Assembly (NCBI GenBank): GCA_951406725.2
Contig: OX597821.1
Span: forward strand, 124,001-188,000
Origin: Octopus vulgaris
Lineage: Eukaryota
Reading direction: 5' to 3'
Length of the DNA: 64,000 nucleotides
The translations under genes and the position numbers were made by a program. Under the pieces are notes generated by a model. The model had not been told where the DNA came from. It saw only the letters and a list, made by a program, of their open reading frames with translations, and ran no database searches. Below, one piece after another: positions 24,106-38,030 of this stretch. How positions within the stretch are numbered: the stretch's first letter is position 1; the number at the start of each line of letters is the position of its first letter.

Positions 24106-25263
24106 TCTCTCTCTATATAAACGGCAGTTTGTCTGTCTGTGTGTCTGTCAGGTTGTACCCTCACCCTGACCACGGCTTTCAACCGATTCTGATGAAACTT
24201 GACACACACATATCCCAATGTCACAATTCAAAACTAACGCAGCGAAAATTTTGAAAAGTTCCCCCAGTTCTGAAAAAATCGATAAGTTCGACATGGGGTC
24301 AAGAATCTAAGCTTTTTATATGCAACACATTTTCTGTTGTAGTTTTCGCAACTTGCAATCAATTTTCACCAAACTCATGGTGAAGCTTAATGTTACCCTA
24401 GGAAACTTAATTCTGACGTTAGTTTTACATGCAATACCTTACCATCAGAAAAATCGATAAAATCATGCCATTTTGGGAAATCGCGTTCAAATTCAAGATG
24501 ACATATTTTCGACAATATCTTTCACAAATTGGCAGGAATTTTTTTTTTAATTCACAGCGAGCATCATGTCTGCTCCAAGGAGCTATATGGCCCTTTTTAT
24601 TCCAATAGGATACTTTATTACTGGAAAAAATTGGTTAATTAAATCATATGTGGCACACATAGCAAACCGATTTGTGTATTAAACACAAACCACAGACTGT
24701 CTAGGGGACGCAACTCTCGCAACTTTTTAACTCTCGGAACACGTGGGGTAAGTATCCCAAAATGTATAAAAATGTACAAAAACGGCAAAAAAGCGGGCAG
24801 CAATGTGAGTGACAACAACGAAAAAGTCAAAAGTGACCAAACTGAACAAACGAATGGAAAAGGTTTTTTGGTGCACACGACAAAAGCGGTTTATAATAAA
24901 CCAAGACTTTGCAAGTAGCGTCCGAGGACCCTTTGGGTACGTCAAAAATTTAAGGTAAAACGTTTGGGGTGGTAGTTATAAAGAAAGTGTAAACAAAAAG
25001 ATGTATTCGAATAACTTGCGGCTGCAGCAGCTATTAGCAGAAGTGGCGGTGTTGGGGGTAAAGTCTCGAATGTAATTTCTTCCTGGTAGGAATTGGTTGG
25101 GTTGAATTATCGATAGCTGTTTGATAGTTATTTGGGAGTGAAGAGAAGACATTGCAACCTACACATGCGCCTTCGTTCCCTAGAGGGAAAGGACTAGATT
25201 GGGATTAGTCGTTGCCTACTAGGGGCTCTTACATACCCGGGCAACGCCAGGCTATACTGCTAG
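24106..25263 (+). mobile_element. Non-autonomous Helitron
   Basis: a|TCtctctctatataa 5' end, subterminal hairpin-like cccgggcaacgccaggc, 3' CTAG|t, no TSD; homologous ends at 35477-35849. Confidence 0.85.
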
Positions 25264-25381
25264 TGGATGTATAAATGAATAGATAGGTATTAATGCAGAA
25301 TTAAAATATGAATAGTTGCTTAATTGAGTAACATTAAAATCGTATATCGATCTCTAAAATATCCACAATAATAAACATAAA

Positions 25382-26040
25382 CTAGTAGACCTTTCCGTCG
25401 ATTTCCGTAAAAATTTTTTTTTTTACATATGTGCTTGCGGGAACTTTTGAAGTAATGAGAGTGAAAGAGACTAAGAGAAAGCGATTGTATGACGAGGGAA
25501 GTTCTTTTGAAGTTACCGTGCATGGGAGCATTGATGTATATGTGTGCGTGTGTGTATATGTGTGTTTGATGGGGTGTGGGAGACAGACAGCATGTTGTGT
25601 AAGTGAAGTGCTTCTGTTAGTGTGTGTGAAGAGAGAGTAATGTGTGAAAGAAAGAGATAACTGAAATTTTTTACTCGGTGTATGTGTATATGTGTGTATA
25701 TTACTTCAAAAGTTCCCGCAAATCCGTATGTAAAAAAAAAAAATTTTTACGGAAATCGACGGAAAGGTCTACTAGAGACGAAAGATTGCCCAGAAGCACT
25801 TCACTTACACAACATACTGTCTGTCTCCCACACCCCATCAAACACACATATACACACACGCACACATGTTCATCAATGCTCCCATGCACGGTAACTTCAA
25901 AAGAACTTCCCTCGTCATACAATCGCTTTCTCTTACTCTCTTTCGCTCTCATTACTTCAAAAGTTCCCGCAAGCCCATATGTAAAAAAAAAATTTTTTTA
26001 CGGAAATTGACAGAAAGGTCTACTAAAGACGAAAGATCGC
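25382..26040. repeat. About 235-bp inverted duplication with an extra copy of the terminus
   Basis: 25382-25616 is the reverse complement of 25791-26024; 25699-25790 repeats the end of the right arm. Confidence 0.85.
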
Positions 26041-26970
26041 CTATATATGTATATGTGTATGTGGGTGTTTATAAGTATATGTATATGTGTATATATGTAT
26101 GTATATGGATATGTATGTATTTATGTACATATGCTTATCTATGTGTAGGTGTGTGTGTGTGTGTGCGCATATATGTATGTATGTATGTACGTATGTGTAT
26201 TTTAACCAGCCAACCGTAACTAAGATAATGAAATTCAAATGTGTCAACCAATTAGATTTAGCTTGGGATTGTAAATAATCTCTCCCCTACCCCTGTAAGA
26301 TTTTTAACCACTGTAATACTGTATTGATAATAACGTAAGCATAGCCCGTTACGGCCTATCTCTTACCTCTTGATCAGTGAACTCTACGTATGTACATACA
26401 TATATCTTTTGTATGATGTAAAAGGATAAAATCTCTTTATATATGTATTAGTGGATATTTTTACGCATGTATGTATATGCATTTTTACGCATGTATGTAT
26501 ATGCATATACATGTATTTGTTACCTGTATGCAGAATAAGACTGAAGTTTCGATTTTGACTGTATGATATATGAATATAATGACTATTTGTTACATTATTT
26601 GTTGAATTAATGTGCTTGCATCTTCCATAGGCATCTGTCTATATATTATGTTATACTATATTATATATATGTGATATACAATATATTATATTATATTATA
26701 TTACGCTATATTATATTATACTATATTTTATGTGGTATTTTCCATCTACTATGTATTGTGAATAGCAGAATGCACATATTCCAAAAAATTAATGATAATA
26801 ATAATATTAATAGTTTTGGTAATGTAATATAATGAACTTTGGATTTTGTATATGTACCCATTGATGTGGATGTATATGTATACTCCAGTATATATATTTG
26901 ATTATCTGTAACCTTATGTGTATGTATATCATTATATATATATACTTATATATATGTGTATATACACTTA

Positions 26971-27037
<67 letters not shown>

Positions 27038-27103
27038 TTGTGTATGTGTATTTTGTTTCATATTTATATTTGCATTTTTATATTTTTATAATTGTACTTT
27101 ATA

Positions 27104-27233
27104 ATCTCTGATGAGGCCTTGAGATATATATATATATAAGTAACTCATTTTTAACTGCATATTACCTCAATACATCTGGCTAATATAGGCACAATGAGAT
27201 ACCTTTATCTACAGGCTGAAACAGCTGTAAGAT
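27104..27233 (+). ncRNA. Minimal type I hammerhead ribozyme with long stem II
   Basis: atct-CTGATGA-ggcct...aggct-GAAA-CAGCTG-TA-agat; palindromic stem III as in Penelope-associated minimal hammerheads. Confidence 0.78.
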
Positions 27234-27601
27234 CCATTTTATATGTATTATTTTTATGGTATTATCTTACGTATTGATGTATATTGTTTTATTCTGTTGG
27301 ATTTGGATGTTCCTATTTAAGTAGTTAATAAATAATATGAATTGGTAATATCTGTAAGTTGATGATTGAAAGGAATTTGTTCCTCCATTTTCTTATTTGT
27401 ATTATGATTTTGAGGTAAAATATTTTACCTTCGCCCATCTAATACAATAAATGAATTAATTGCATTGCAATTATAAGCATTTATGTATTTGCCTTTTGGG
27501 TACTTTACTAGCAGTATATTGGATAACTGATATCCCATAGTGGGTTACACTCATAACCCCTATCTCACTTTGTATATATGTATATATATATATATATATA
27601 T

Positions 27602-28002
27602 AGGCTCTGTGGTAACTAGCTTGCTTACCAACCACATAGTTCTGGGTTCAGTCCCACTGCGTGGCACCTTGGGCAAGTGTCTTCTACTATAGCCTCGGGC
27701 CAACCAAAGCCTTGTGAGTGGATTTGGTAGACAGAAACTGAAAGAAGCCTGTCGTATATATGTGTGTATATATATGTATATACATGTATGTGTGTGTATA
27801 TGTTTGTATGTCTGTGTTTGTTCCCAACATCGCTTGACAACCGATGCTGGTGTGTTTACGTTCCCATAACTTAGCGGTTTGACAAAAGAGACCGATAGAA
27901 TAAGTACTAGGCTTACAAAGAATAAGTCCTGGGGTCAATTTCTTTGACTAAAGTCGGTGTTCCAGCATGGCCGCAGTCAAATGACTGAAACAAGTAAAAG
28001 AG
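27602..28002 (+). mobile_element. tRNA-derived SINE, near full length
   Basis: B-box-like ggttcagtccc, ccttgggcaagtg core, internal (TA/TG)n, conserved 3' half seen in other copies in the window. Confidence 0.8.
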
Positions 28003-28059
28003 TATATGGAAGGCAAGGTTTACGATATCGGGAGAATATTGCCTTCTCCCATTATATCT

Positions 28060-28451
28060 TGTTCTTTGTATAGTTCAGACTCCAGCAGGCGAAGAAAGAA
28101 GTCTTTAAGTACAAATGCAATTTACAACCGGTTTATTTAAAGTTTCACAGAATAGGTGAAGTGTGTTGCTCTCAGCAACCATCTCAAGCTGTGTGCATTG
28201 TGTTGTATCTCCGTTAGTGCGGGCACATTACCTCTGGAGGTACAACATGCAGACAGGCCCAGCCAGTGAAGTGTGCTCAGCAAGCGCTGCTGTGAAGAAG
28301 CAGAGAGAATGAATCTGTTTCTGTTTGGCCCTTATATACAGTTTGCCATTGTGAACCGCGTTGTGATCTTGTGCATGGCAAATGGATGCAGGTGAGGTCT
28401 CGCTGCCGTGAGAACTCATCCAATATGGTGCTGACTGCTTGAGATGCTACA
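28060..28451 (-). mobile_element. Possible solo LTR
   Basis: Minus strand begins TGTAGCATC, with a TATATAAGG box followed by AATAAA in the expected order; no TSD confirmed. Confidence 0.35.
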
Positions 28452-28469
28452 AGTGTGTGTGTGTGTGTG

Positions 28470-28690
28470 TAGGCACGTAGCTTAGTGGTTAGAGCATTCG
28501 ACTCATGATTGTGAGGTCATGAGTTCAATTCTCCACGATGTGTTGTGTCCTTGAGCAAGACACTTTATTTCATGTAGGGGTACACGTGTCTGTAGATTGT
28601 TCAGCCACTTGCATGTTAATTTCATGAGCAGGCTGTTCCGTTGATCATATTAGCTGGGACCCTCATCGTCATAACCGATAGGGTGCTCCT
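28470..28690 (+). mobile_element. tRNA-derived SINE (internally deleted)
   Basis: A-box tagcttagtgg, B-box gagttcaattc, gtgtccttgagcaagacactt core; 3' end shared with the next SINE. Confidence 0.75.
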
Positions 28691-28698
28691 TTTTAAGT

Positions 28699-29074
28699 GG
28701 AGGCACAATGGCCCTGTGGTTAGGGCAGCGGACTCGCAGTTGTAGGATCATGGTTTCAATTTCCAGACTGGGCATTGTGAGTGTATTGAGCAAAAACACC
28801 TAAAGCTCCACGAGGCTCTGGCAGTGGGTGGTGGCGAACCCTGCTGTACTCTTTCACCACAACTTTCTCTCACTCATCCTGTTTCTGTTGTACCTGTATT
28901 TCAAAGGACCAGCCTTGTCACACTTTGTATCACACTGAATCTCCCCAAGAACTATGTTATGGGTACATGTGTCTGTGGAGTGCTCAGCCACTTGCACGTT
29001 AATTTCATGAGCAGGCTGTTCCGTTGATTGGATCAACTGGAACCCTCATTGTCATAACCAATGGAGTGCCACGA

Positions 29075-29076
<2 letters not shown>
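28699..29076 (+). mobile_element. tRNA-derived SINE
   Basis: A-box tggccctgtgg, B-box-like ggtttcaatttcc; 3' block tcagccacttgcacgttaatttcatgagcaggctgttccgttgat shared with the 28470 copy. Confidence 0.72.
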
Positions 29077-29119
<43 letters not shown>

Positions 29120-31153
29120 AATATATGTATATATATGCAAATATTTTTTTTTATAATCAACTTTTTATTTCCAGTTCTCCCTGTTATAATTTAAAACAGC
29201 ATGGCTAGGGGATCGTGGAGTCTTATATAAAACAAATGGAGAAGAGGACCTTTTTTTTTTTTTTTTTTAAAAGAAAGAAAAGAGAAAGCAACAAATTGAA
29301 AAATTATGGAGATTTGATTAATACTAGGGATGAAAAGGTTACCTCATGTAAACACATGACCAAATTCCTATTCATCAATCTTAAATAATTCTTCACTCTC
29401 CTCTTGCTTAATTTGATTTTTTAAAAATATATATCTATATATTACCCTTTTCAATGGAATACAATTACTCATCACATCCCCTTTACATCACTATATCTTA
29501 TACTATCTTTGTACAATTTTTTATTTTACAGTTCCTTCTAACAATTGCATGAGCCTCCATATAAAGGGCTATCATTTTATCTATCTCTCCCTACTCCTCT
29601 TTTTTCTCTCCATGTTTGGATAAAAGAAATATCTTTCCTTAGTATGTAATATACATATAATTTTTTGTATTTTATTTGCACAATTGTGTCCATGTACTCC
29701 TCACCTTTTTGCTTTTGCCTTCCCCCACCTCTTATCATACCCATTCTAACTGTTACTGGTTTATAATACTTATCACTATACCTTATAATTCCATATGTCT
29801 TTCTGCTGATATATGCACATGTAGTACTTCTTGGTGTCCTACATGTCTACACCCTTGTGTGCATATCCAGGTATGGATCTTATATGTTATCTATATTAAA
29901 ACTATTGATTTGTGTTCGTTTTCTTATAAATATGTAAGTACTAACATGTATATTAATATGAACGTGTCTGTCTGCATATATATGTATGTTTCGCATACAT
30001 ATATATAGTACTTATTATGTATGTGTATTTAGATCTATATGTGTGTGCTTCTTCTCTCTTTGCTCTGGTATGTGTATATTTGTACGGTGTTTTCTTTTAT
30101 ATGTATACCCTAATTGTACAACAACTAATGTGCAAATATGCCTCTACACATGTATGTGTATCTATACACACACACTCCTCTCCCTATTAGATTATTTTTT
30201 TCCTATATTATGTATAAATTTTGTTTCACTTATGAGTACTCTCCTACTACCATTACATATCTTTCTCACATAAGGCTAAAATAAATTTTTGTTTATACCA
30301 AAACACATCTACTGTATAACCTAACACATCAATACTTCTATAAAATAAAAAATTTTTTTTCATTAATTTACTCTTCTCCTTCCCAGCTCATTTGTCACCC
30401 CTACATTTATTTATCTTTTCTATATTCCTATCTTTATTCTCTATTTCAATCTTACTTTTTACCTCTTTAAAGTCACACCAAGTATATACTATTTTATTTG
30501 AAATAGTAACGACTATTTTTCTGTCTTTACTTATTTTTCTGCATTCTGTTTAATACATACTAATGAATATTATTTTTTATGCAAACATAAGTCCCTTTTA
30601 TACATCATATTCTATCTTTAACCCTTTTTACCTCTCTATTTCTTCTACCATTTGTTTACATTAACTATCTGGTATTAGCTCTTTATATACCATCTCCTCA
30701 CGATAAACTTATGTATTGAAAATTTCTTTAACGATTTCAAAGGTCAGTCCATATTTCAATTCAAACCTAGGATTGTCTTTACATTAGACATTTCTAATAC
30801 ATATTTTGCTCTACACTACTAATTTGGAGCTAAAATATCTAATTTCCATACTCATCTATAGAGGGAACGTCTTTAATACCGCTTTACTTCATCTCCTAGA
30901 TCCAATTTTTATGCTATCTTCTTTCTCAAGTTCATTGTATTTTCATTTATACTTCCTGCACTGAAGAGTACATTGATATATTTAATTAAATCAATTTAAT
31001 GTAATTTTATTCAATCATGAATTTGCATTATAATTTTTATATCTCTGTACAAAATGATCATCTGCAAGAATTAAATTTCTTATACATTTTAACAACTTGT
31101 ATCTTCCATTTTTAAATAAATTGATGAATTTTATGGGACTTCTTTTCACAAAT

Positions 31154-31249
<96 letters not shown>

Positions 31250-31493
31250 GCACATATACACAGCGCTATGTGTATGGCAAGTTTTCTACGGCCGGATGCC
31301 CTTCCTGACGCCAACACCCACCTGTTGCCAAGCGAGGTAGTTTTTCCCTCTTATACATACATATATATATATATACATACATACATATATATATAATATA
31401 AACATATATATACAAATATAATATAATATATATGTATACAAACTTAATATATATATATATGTATGTATACAAACATAATATATATATATATAT

Positions 31494-34400
31494 TGGGTTG
31501 GGGGCGTGGGAATACTTCTCGCTGAAAAATGGGTAGATAAGGTAATTGTGGTAATCAGAGTATGCGACAGAATACTTAAGATTAGATTAGTGCTTCATCA
31601 TGGATTAGCAACCATATCGGCCTATGCCCCTCAGCTGGGGCTACCTGATGGACAGAAAGACCAATTCTATGGCACCCTACTGCAGACTACCTCGTTGACG
31701 AATGACAGAGACTTTCTCTTTGTGGCTGGTGACTTCAATGGACAACATGCTGGGGGCTTCCATGGTGTACATGGAGACTATGGTTATGGTTCCTGCAACA
31801 AGGAGGGAACCAGCCTGCTGGAGTTCTGCGATGCAAATGATCTTATGGTTTGCAACACTAACTTCAGGAAACCTACCAGCCACCTAGTCACCTACCAATC
31901 AGGCTGACATACCAGCCAAATTGACTACATCCTTGCCAGGAAAAAGGAAAGATGGCTGCTTATAAATGCCAAAACCTTCCCAGGTGAAGAATGTACCCCA
32001 CAACATAAACTGGTAGTTAGTGACTTTAGATCAGGACTAAGAGGACGACCAGCATGGAGAAGAAGGATCTGGAAGCTTAAAGATCCTGCGAATGGACAGA
32101 GACTTAGGGACATATTACTTGAAGCCTTTGACAAAGTACAAGGGGATATAGCTTCACATGGGGTAGAAGACAACTGGAGGTTTTCTAAGGGACAACCTGC
32201 TGAGAGCCACTGACCAGATCTGTGGCTGGTGCAAAGTCCCCTCTCAACCCAAAATAACGTGGTGGTGGAACAATGTTGTAGACAGGGCTATTAGAGAAAA
32301 GAGACAGGCTTGGAAGGACTGGAAGAATGATGGTAGCAGGGAATCATATTAGACTGCCAAAAGAGAAGCTAGGAGACAGGTTTAGTTAGCCAGAGGGGAA
32401 GCAGATAAGAAAAAATTTGCCAATGTTCTGCACCGTGAGGACCAAAGACTTGAGGTATTTCGTGTTGCAAGACAGTGTGTGAGAGAGAATCGTGATGTGG
32501 TAGGAGAGAAACGTATCCACATGGATGATGGTTCTCTTGCACTAAATGAGGCTGTAAAGAGAGAGGTTTGGAGATGCCACTATGGAAGTTTGCTGAACAA
32601 AGAAAATGAATGGGAGAAAGAGAGTCTGCTGATTGTCGACCCAACAGAGGGACCAGCTATCCGAGTTGACAGTACCTTGGTAGTTAAAGCAATTAAGAGC
32701 ATGAAGACAGGGAAAGCCCCCGGCCCATCAGGAATTACTGCAGAGATGGTCAAAATATCTGGCAGTGTCGGCATTAGCCTGGTCACCCGTATAGTTAACC
32801 AGGTGATACACAAAGGAGTCATAGCCAATGACTGGTGTAGCAGCATAATAGTCAACTGCTACAAAGGAAAAGGTCACGCTTTAGATACAAATAATTACAG
32901 GGGTATCAAGCTCTTGGATCGGGTAATGAAGGTCACATAGAGGGTCATAGCCCAACTGATTAGGGAAAGAGTCAGTTTGGATGAGATGCAGTTTGGTTTC
33001 GTGCCAGGAAAAAGCACCACTGATGCTATATTTCTGGTTAGACAGCTGCAGGAGAAATACCTAGCCAAAGATAAGCCCCTGTACCTGGCTTTCATTGACA
33101 TGGAGAAAGCCTTCGACAGGGTCCCCCAATCCCTTATTTGGTGGTCAATGAGGAAACTAGGGATAGATGAATGGTTAGTGAGAGCCGTGCAAGCCATGTA
33201 CAGGGACGCTGTCAGTAAGGTGAGGGTTGGCAACGAGTACAGTGAAGAATTCCGGGTAGAGGTTGGGGTCCACCAAGGTTCAGTCCTCAGCCCCCTCCTA
33301 TTTATCATAGTCCTCCAGGTAATAACGGTGGAATCCAAGACACGATGCCCCTGGGAGCTCCTCTATGCTGATGACCTTGCTCTAATTGCTGAGTCACTAA
33401 CAGAACTAGAGGAGAAGTTTCAAGTGTGGAAACAAGGATTAGAATCGAAGGGCCTTAGAGTCAATCTAGCTAAAACCAAAGTCCTAATAAGTAGGAAGGC
33501 AGGCAAACCACAAATCCCTTCAGGTAGATGGCCCTGTTCGATCTGTAGAAAAGGCATAGGTAGAAACTCTATAAGATGCACTAAGTGTAAGCTATGGACA
33601 TATAAGAGGTGCGGCAATGTCAAAGGAAGGCTGCTAAGTAGGAAGATAGTTTTTGTATGTGGCAAATGCTCAGGAGCAATAAACACTGAAAATGCTCTGA
33701 GACCAACTTCCGCTACATTCCAGGGAGAAAAACTAGAAGTAGTTGATAGCTTCCGTTACCTAGGCGACCAAGTCAGGTGGGTGTGCTGAAAGTGTAACTG
33801 CTAGAGTAAGAATAGCCTGGGCAAAGTTCAGAGAGCTCTTACCTCTGCTGGTGACAAAAGGCCTCTCGCTCAGAGTAAAAGGTAGACTGTACAACGCATG
33901 TGTATGAACAGCCATGCTACATGGCAATGACTGCTGAGGATATGCGTAAGCTTGCAAGGAATTGAGCCAGTATGCTCCGATGGATGTGTAATGTCAGTGT
34001 GCATACTCGACAGAGTGTTAGTGCCCTGAGAGAAAGGTTTGACCTAAGAAGCATCAGATGTGGTGTGCAAGAGAGACGATTGCGCTGGTATGGTCATGTG
34101 GCGAGAATGGATGTTGATAGCTGTGTGAAAAAGTGCCACACCCTAGCAGTTGAGGGAACCTGTGGAAGAGATAGACCAGGATGAGGTGGCGAAGCATCAC
34201 CTTCAAACATTGGGCCTCACTGAGGCAATGACTATTGACCAAGACCTATGGAAGTATGCTGTGCTGCAGAAGACTCGACAAGCGCAAGTGTGACCATAGC
34301 CATGTGGCCTATGCTAGGGTGTAACCAGTCCACTTGTGCGTGCCTTTTCTTCATTGGACACTAAACTCTGCTTGCAAAGACCAGTTGAGGCAAGTGAAAT

Positions 34401-34862
34401 CGAAGTCGAAGTCAAATTCGGTGACTGGCATCTGTTGCTAGTGGAGCGCTAAGAGTACCATACGAGTGAGATTGTTGCCAGAGCAACAAGCTGGCCTCCG
34501 TGCCAATGGCATGTTAAGCACATCATTCAAGTGTGATCGTTACCGCATCGCCTTACCAGCACTTGTGCTGGTGGCATGTGAAATATTTGAGCGAGGTCGT
34601 TGCCAGTGCCACTGGACTGGCTTCTGTGCAGGTGGCACGTAAAAAGCACCATTTGGGTGTGGACGTTGCCAGTACCACCAAACTGGCCCTCTTACTGGTG
34701 GCACATAAAAGCACCCACTACACTCTCAGAGTGGTTGGCGTTAGGAAGGGCATCCAGCTGTAGAAACTCTGCCAGATCAGATTGGAGTCTGGTTCGCCAG
34801 ACCTCAGTCAAATAGTCTAACCCATGCTTGCATGGAAAGCAGACGTTAAATGATGATGATGA
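31494..34862 (+). mobile_element. RTE LINE, 5'-truncated within the EN domain, degenerate
   Basis: ISAYAPQ, VAGDFNG, QFGFVPGKSTTDAIF, YADD; several stops and frameshifts; 3' UTR and (gat)n tail. Confidence 0.95.
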
Positions 34863-34911
34863 TATACAATGATACTATATATATATATAATATAAAGATA
34901 TATATATACAA

Positions 34912-35222
<311 letters not shown>

Positions 35223-35392
35223 AATTTTTTTAAATGGCAGTGCCCCAGCATGGCCACAGTTTGTGAGCTGAAACTAGAGAAATAAAAATATATATATATA
35301 TATATATAAAATGTTTAGTTACAAAAAAATATTTTCTAAATCTGCCGGTCAAAAGGTAAAGATCCTATATATATTATATTTGTATATATATG

Positions 35393-35434
<42 letters not shown>

Positions 35435-35436
35435 AT

Positions 35437-35475
<39 letters not shown>

Positions 35476-35476
35476 A

Positions 35477-35849
35477 CTAGCAGTATCGCCCGGCGTTGCT
35501 CGGGTTTGTAAGGGAAATAACTATAAAGCATTTTTAGAGAGTTATAGCCAAAAAATAGCAAAAAGATGGAAAAAATTTATTTTTGAGAGTTAAAAAGGTG
35601 GAGTTGCGTCCCCTAGACAGTCTGTGGTTTGTGTTTCTGATTCTCGACCCCATGTCGAATTTATCAATTTTTTTCAGAACTGGGGGAACTTTTCAAAATT
35701 TTCGCTGCGTTAGTTTTGAATTATGACATTGGGCTATGTGTGTGTCAAGTTTCATCAGAATCGGTTGAAAGCCGTGGTCAGGGTGAGGGTACAACCTAAC
35801 AGACACACAGAAACACACACAGACAAACTGCCGTTTATATAGAGAGAGA
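35477..35849 (-). mobile_element. Non-autonomous Helitron, deletion derivative of the 24106 family
   Basis: Same 5' TC end and about 200 bp, same 3' cccgagcaacgccgggcgatactgCTAG|t. Confidence 0.85.
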
Positions 35850-36044
35850 TAATAAATATTAGGGAATAAATCCAAATTTACAGGGAAAAATCAGATTTAT
35901 GATTGAATCCAATTTTATAGTAAAATATAATATAATATTAATTAGAGACAAAACCACTATTATGCAAATCAAACAAAGAAAGACTTAATCCAATACATAA
36001 AAATTTTTATATAAATTAAATATAATTAAGATTAATTAAGATAT

Positions 36045-36090
36045 CCACTACGATCGTTTCTTGTCACTTCAATGGACATTCATCAGGTGG
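36045..36090 (-). ncRNA. Minimal type I hammerhead ribozyme-like motif
   Basis: ccac-CTGATGA-a-tgtc..gaca-a-GAAA-CGATCG-TA-gtgg; palindromic stem III; A-A mismatch closing stem II. Confidence 0.68.
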
Positions 36091-37197
36091 TTTTCAAGAC
36101 CTAAAATATAATCAATATTTTTAAGATATAAATTTGAAATGACTAATATATATAAAATATAAAATTATCAATGAAAATATATATAATCAAGAACTAAAAT
36201 AACCTCTATAAACGATTGTATATAATGAAACCTAGTATTTAAATTCTCATATTTAAAGATGAAATAGCTAATTTCAAAAAACAAAAAACAAAAAATAAAA
36301 AATATATATACACACACTTGCTCATGCACAAATATCCATGTATGTATATAAACATATCTAAATACATACACAAACTCACACACACATATATATATCTATA
36401 CATACACATAAACATATAGACAAAGATAAATTTATAATTTAGCCGTATACTTCTACACATTACTAATTCATACTCCCACACACACACATACAATCTCTCA
36501 TTCATAAACAAATTCTCTCAGCTTGATAATAACACAGAGGAAATATAACATCCAGTAGCCGCAGATACTCAACCACAAACTTATAGAAATATTTCATTCT
36601 TAGTAAAATATTAAATACTATATACTATATATATATATGTAATAACCATATATAAATACGTAAACAAACACACTCACATATATATTCTATATACTATATG
36701 CATTTAATAAACATATATAAATATGTAAACAAACACACACACACTTATATATTTATACATACAAAAATACATAAAGACAATATTTCTACACATTAATAAT
36801 GCATACTCACACACACACACATACAATCAATCATTCATACATAATCGTATTCACACTGCAATACTCTAACACAGAGGATGAACAAATCCAGAAGACACAG
36901 ATACTCAGCTACATATAGGAATAATCCTTACTTAGTAATATATTATTAAAAAATACTATCATTACTATAAACAAATTTATGAATGGGAATATTATCTTAT
37001 ATAAAATTATTCTATTATTAAACAAACCTAAACCATTTTAAATCGAAACCTATCTATTTATCAAAGTATATCTAAATTATTTAATAACTAATAACAAAGA
37101 AAAATACGATAAATAGATCACTACATAAACAACAAGATTAACATAAGGAGAATATTATTATTCAAAGGCTTACACATATTAGTGGTTTTGTCTCTAA

Positions 37198-37228
<31 letters not shown>

Positions 37229-37258
37229 ATACATATATATACAAATATAATATATATA

Positions 37259-38030
37259 TAGGATCTTTACCAGCAGATTTAGAAAATATTTTTTTGTAAC
37301 TAAACACTTTCAAACTTCGTATACTGGTATAATGTGTCATATAAAACATCTTTTACTCTTAACATTTTTGAGAAAAGTTTATAATTATGAAGTTATTTCG
37401 TGTTAAAGTTCTTGTATTTCGGCAATTTCAACCAATCAATGACGTGTATTCAGCTGAATAAAATTACTGCAGTTGTTTGTCAACAACAACTTGTGGTGGT
37501 GTATATTTCGTTTATTACTGACATATTTCATCTCAGTTATGTTCGTATGAATAAACGAGTGTATCTGAAGCATGTTTACTTCATGGCACCACCTTAATCG
37601 TTCGAGCATTTCTATTGCTTTTAGTTTTTGTTTTCCTGTTTTTCAGCTACTATTTTCGGAAAGACTTGTTTTGCCCCCCCCCCCCCATACCCCTACCCCT
37701 CCAATTTCTTCATTTTTCATTTTATTCCATAACTCTAACCTAAAACCCCAACCCTAACCCTAAAACCTTAAAGCTAAAACCAGTACAAACGCACGAACGA
37801 TGTCATAAATAACAATGACAAACGAAATATACACCACCGATAATTGTTGTTGACAAACAATGGCAGTAATTTTATTCAGCTGAATACACATCATTGATTG
37901 GTTGAAATTACTGAAATACGACAACTTTCACACGAAATAACTTCGTAAATATGAACTTTTCTCAAAAACGCTAAGATGTTTTATAAGATGTTTTATATGA
38001 CACATTCTACCAGTGTCCGAAGTTTGAAAA
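37259..38030. mobile_element. MITE-like element with about 210-bp inverted arms and a CCCTAA-like spacer tract
   Basis: 37308-37520 is the reverse complement of 37811-38030; aaccctaaccctaa at about 37735-37780. Confidence 0.8.

Noticed and set aside
28470-28545. tRNA-like sequence
   Set aside because: Has A and B boxes but no proper acceptor stem, and continues into a SINE core; called as a SINE head.
30957-31005. CTGAAGA followed by a hairpin (partial hammerhead)
   Set aside because: No GAAA/stem III/NUH follows; at best a truncated remnant, so it was not counted.
37735-37780. Telomere-like CCCTAA repeats
   Set aside because: Short, degenerate and internal to a MITE spacer; no sign of a true interstitial telomere.
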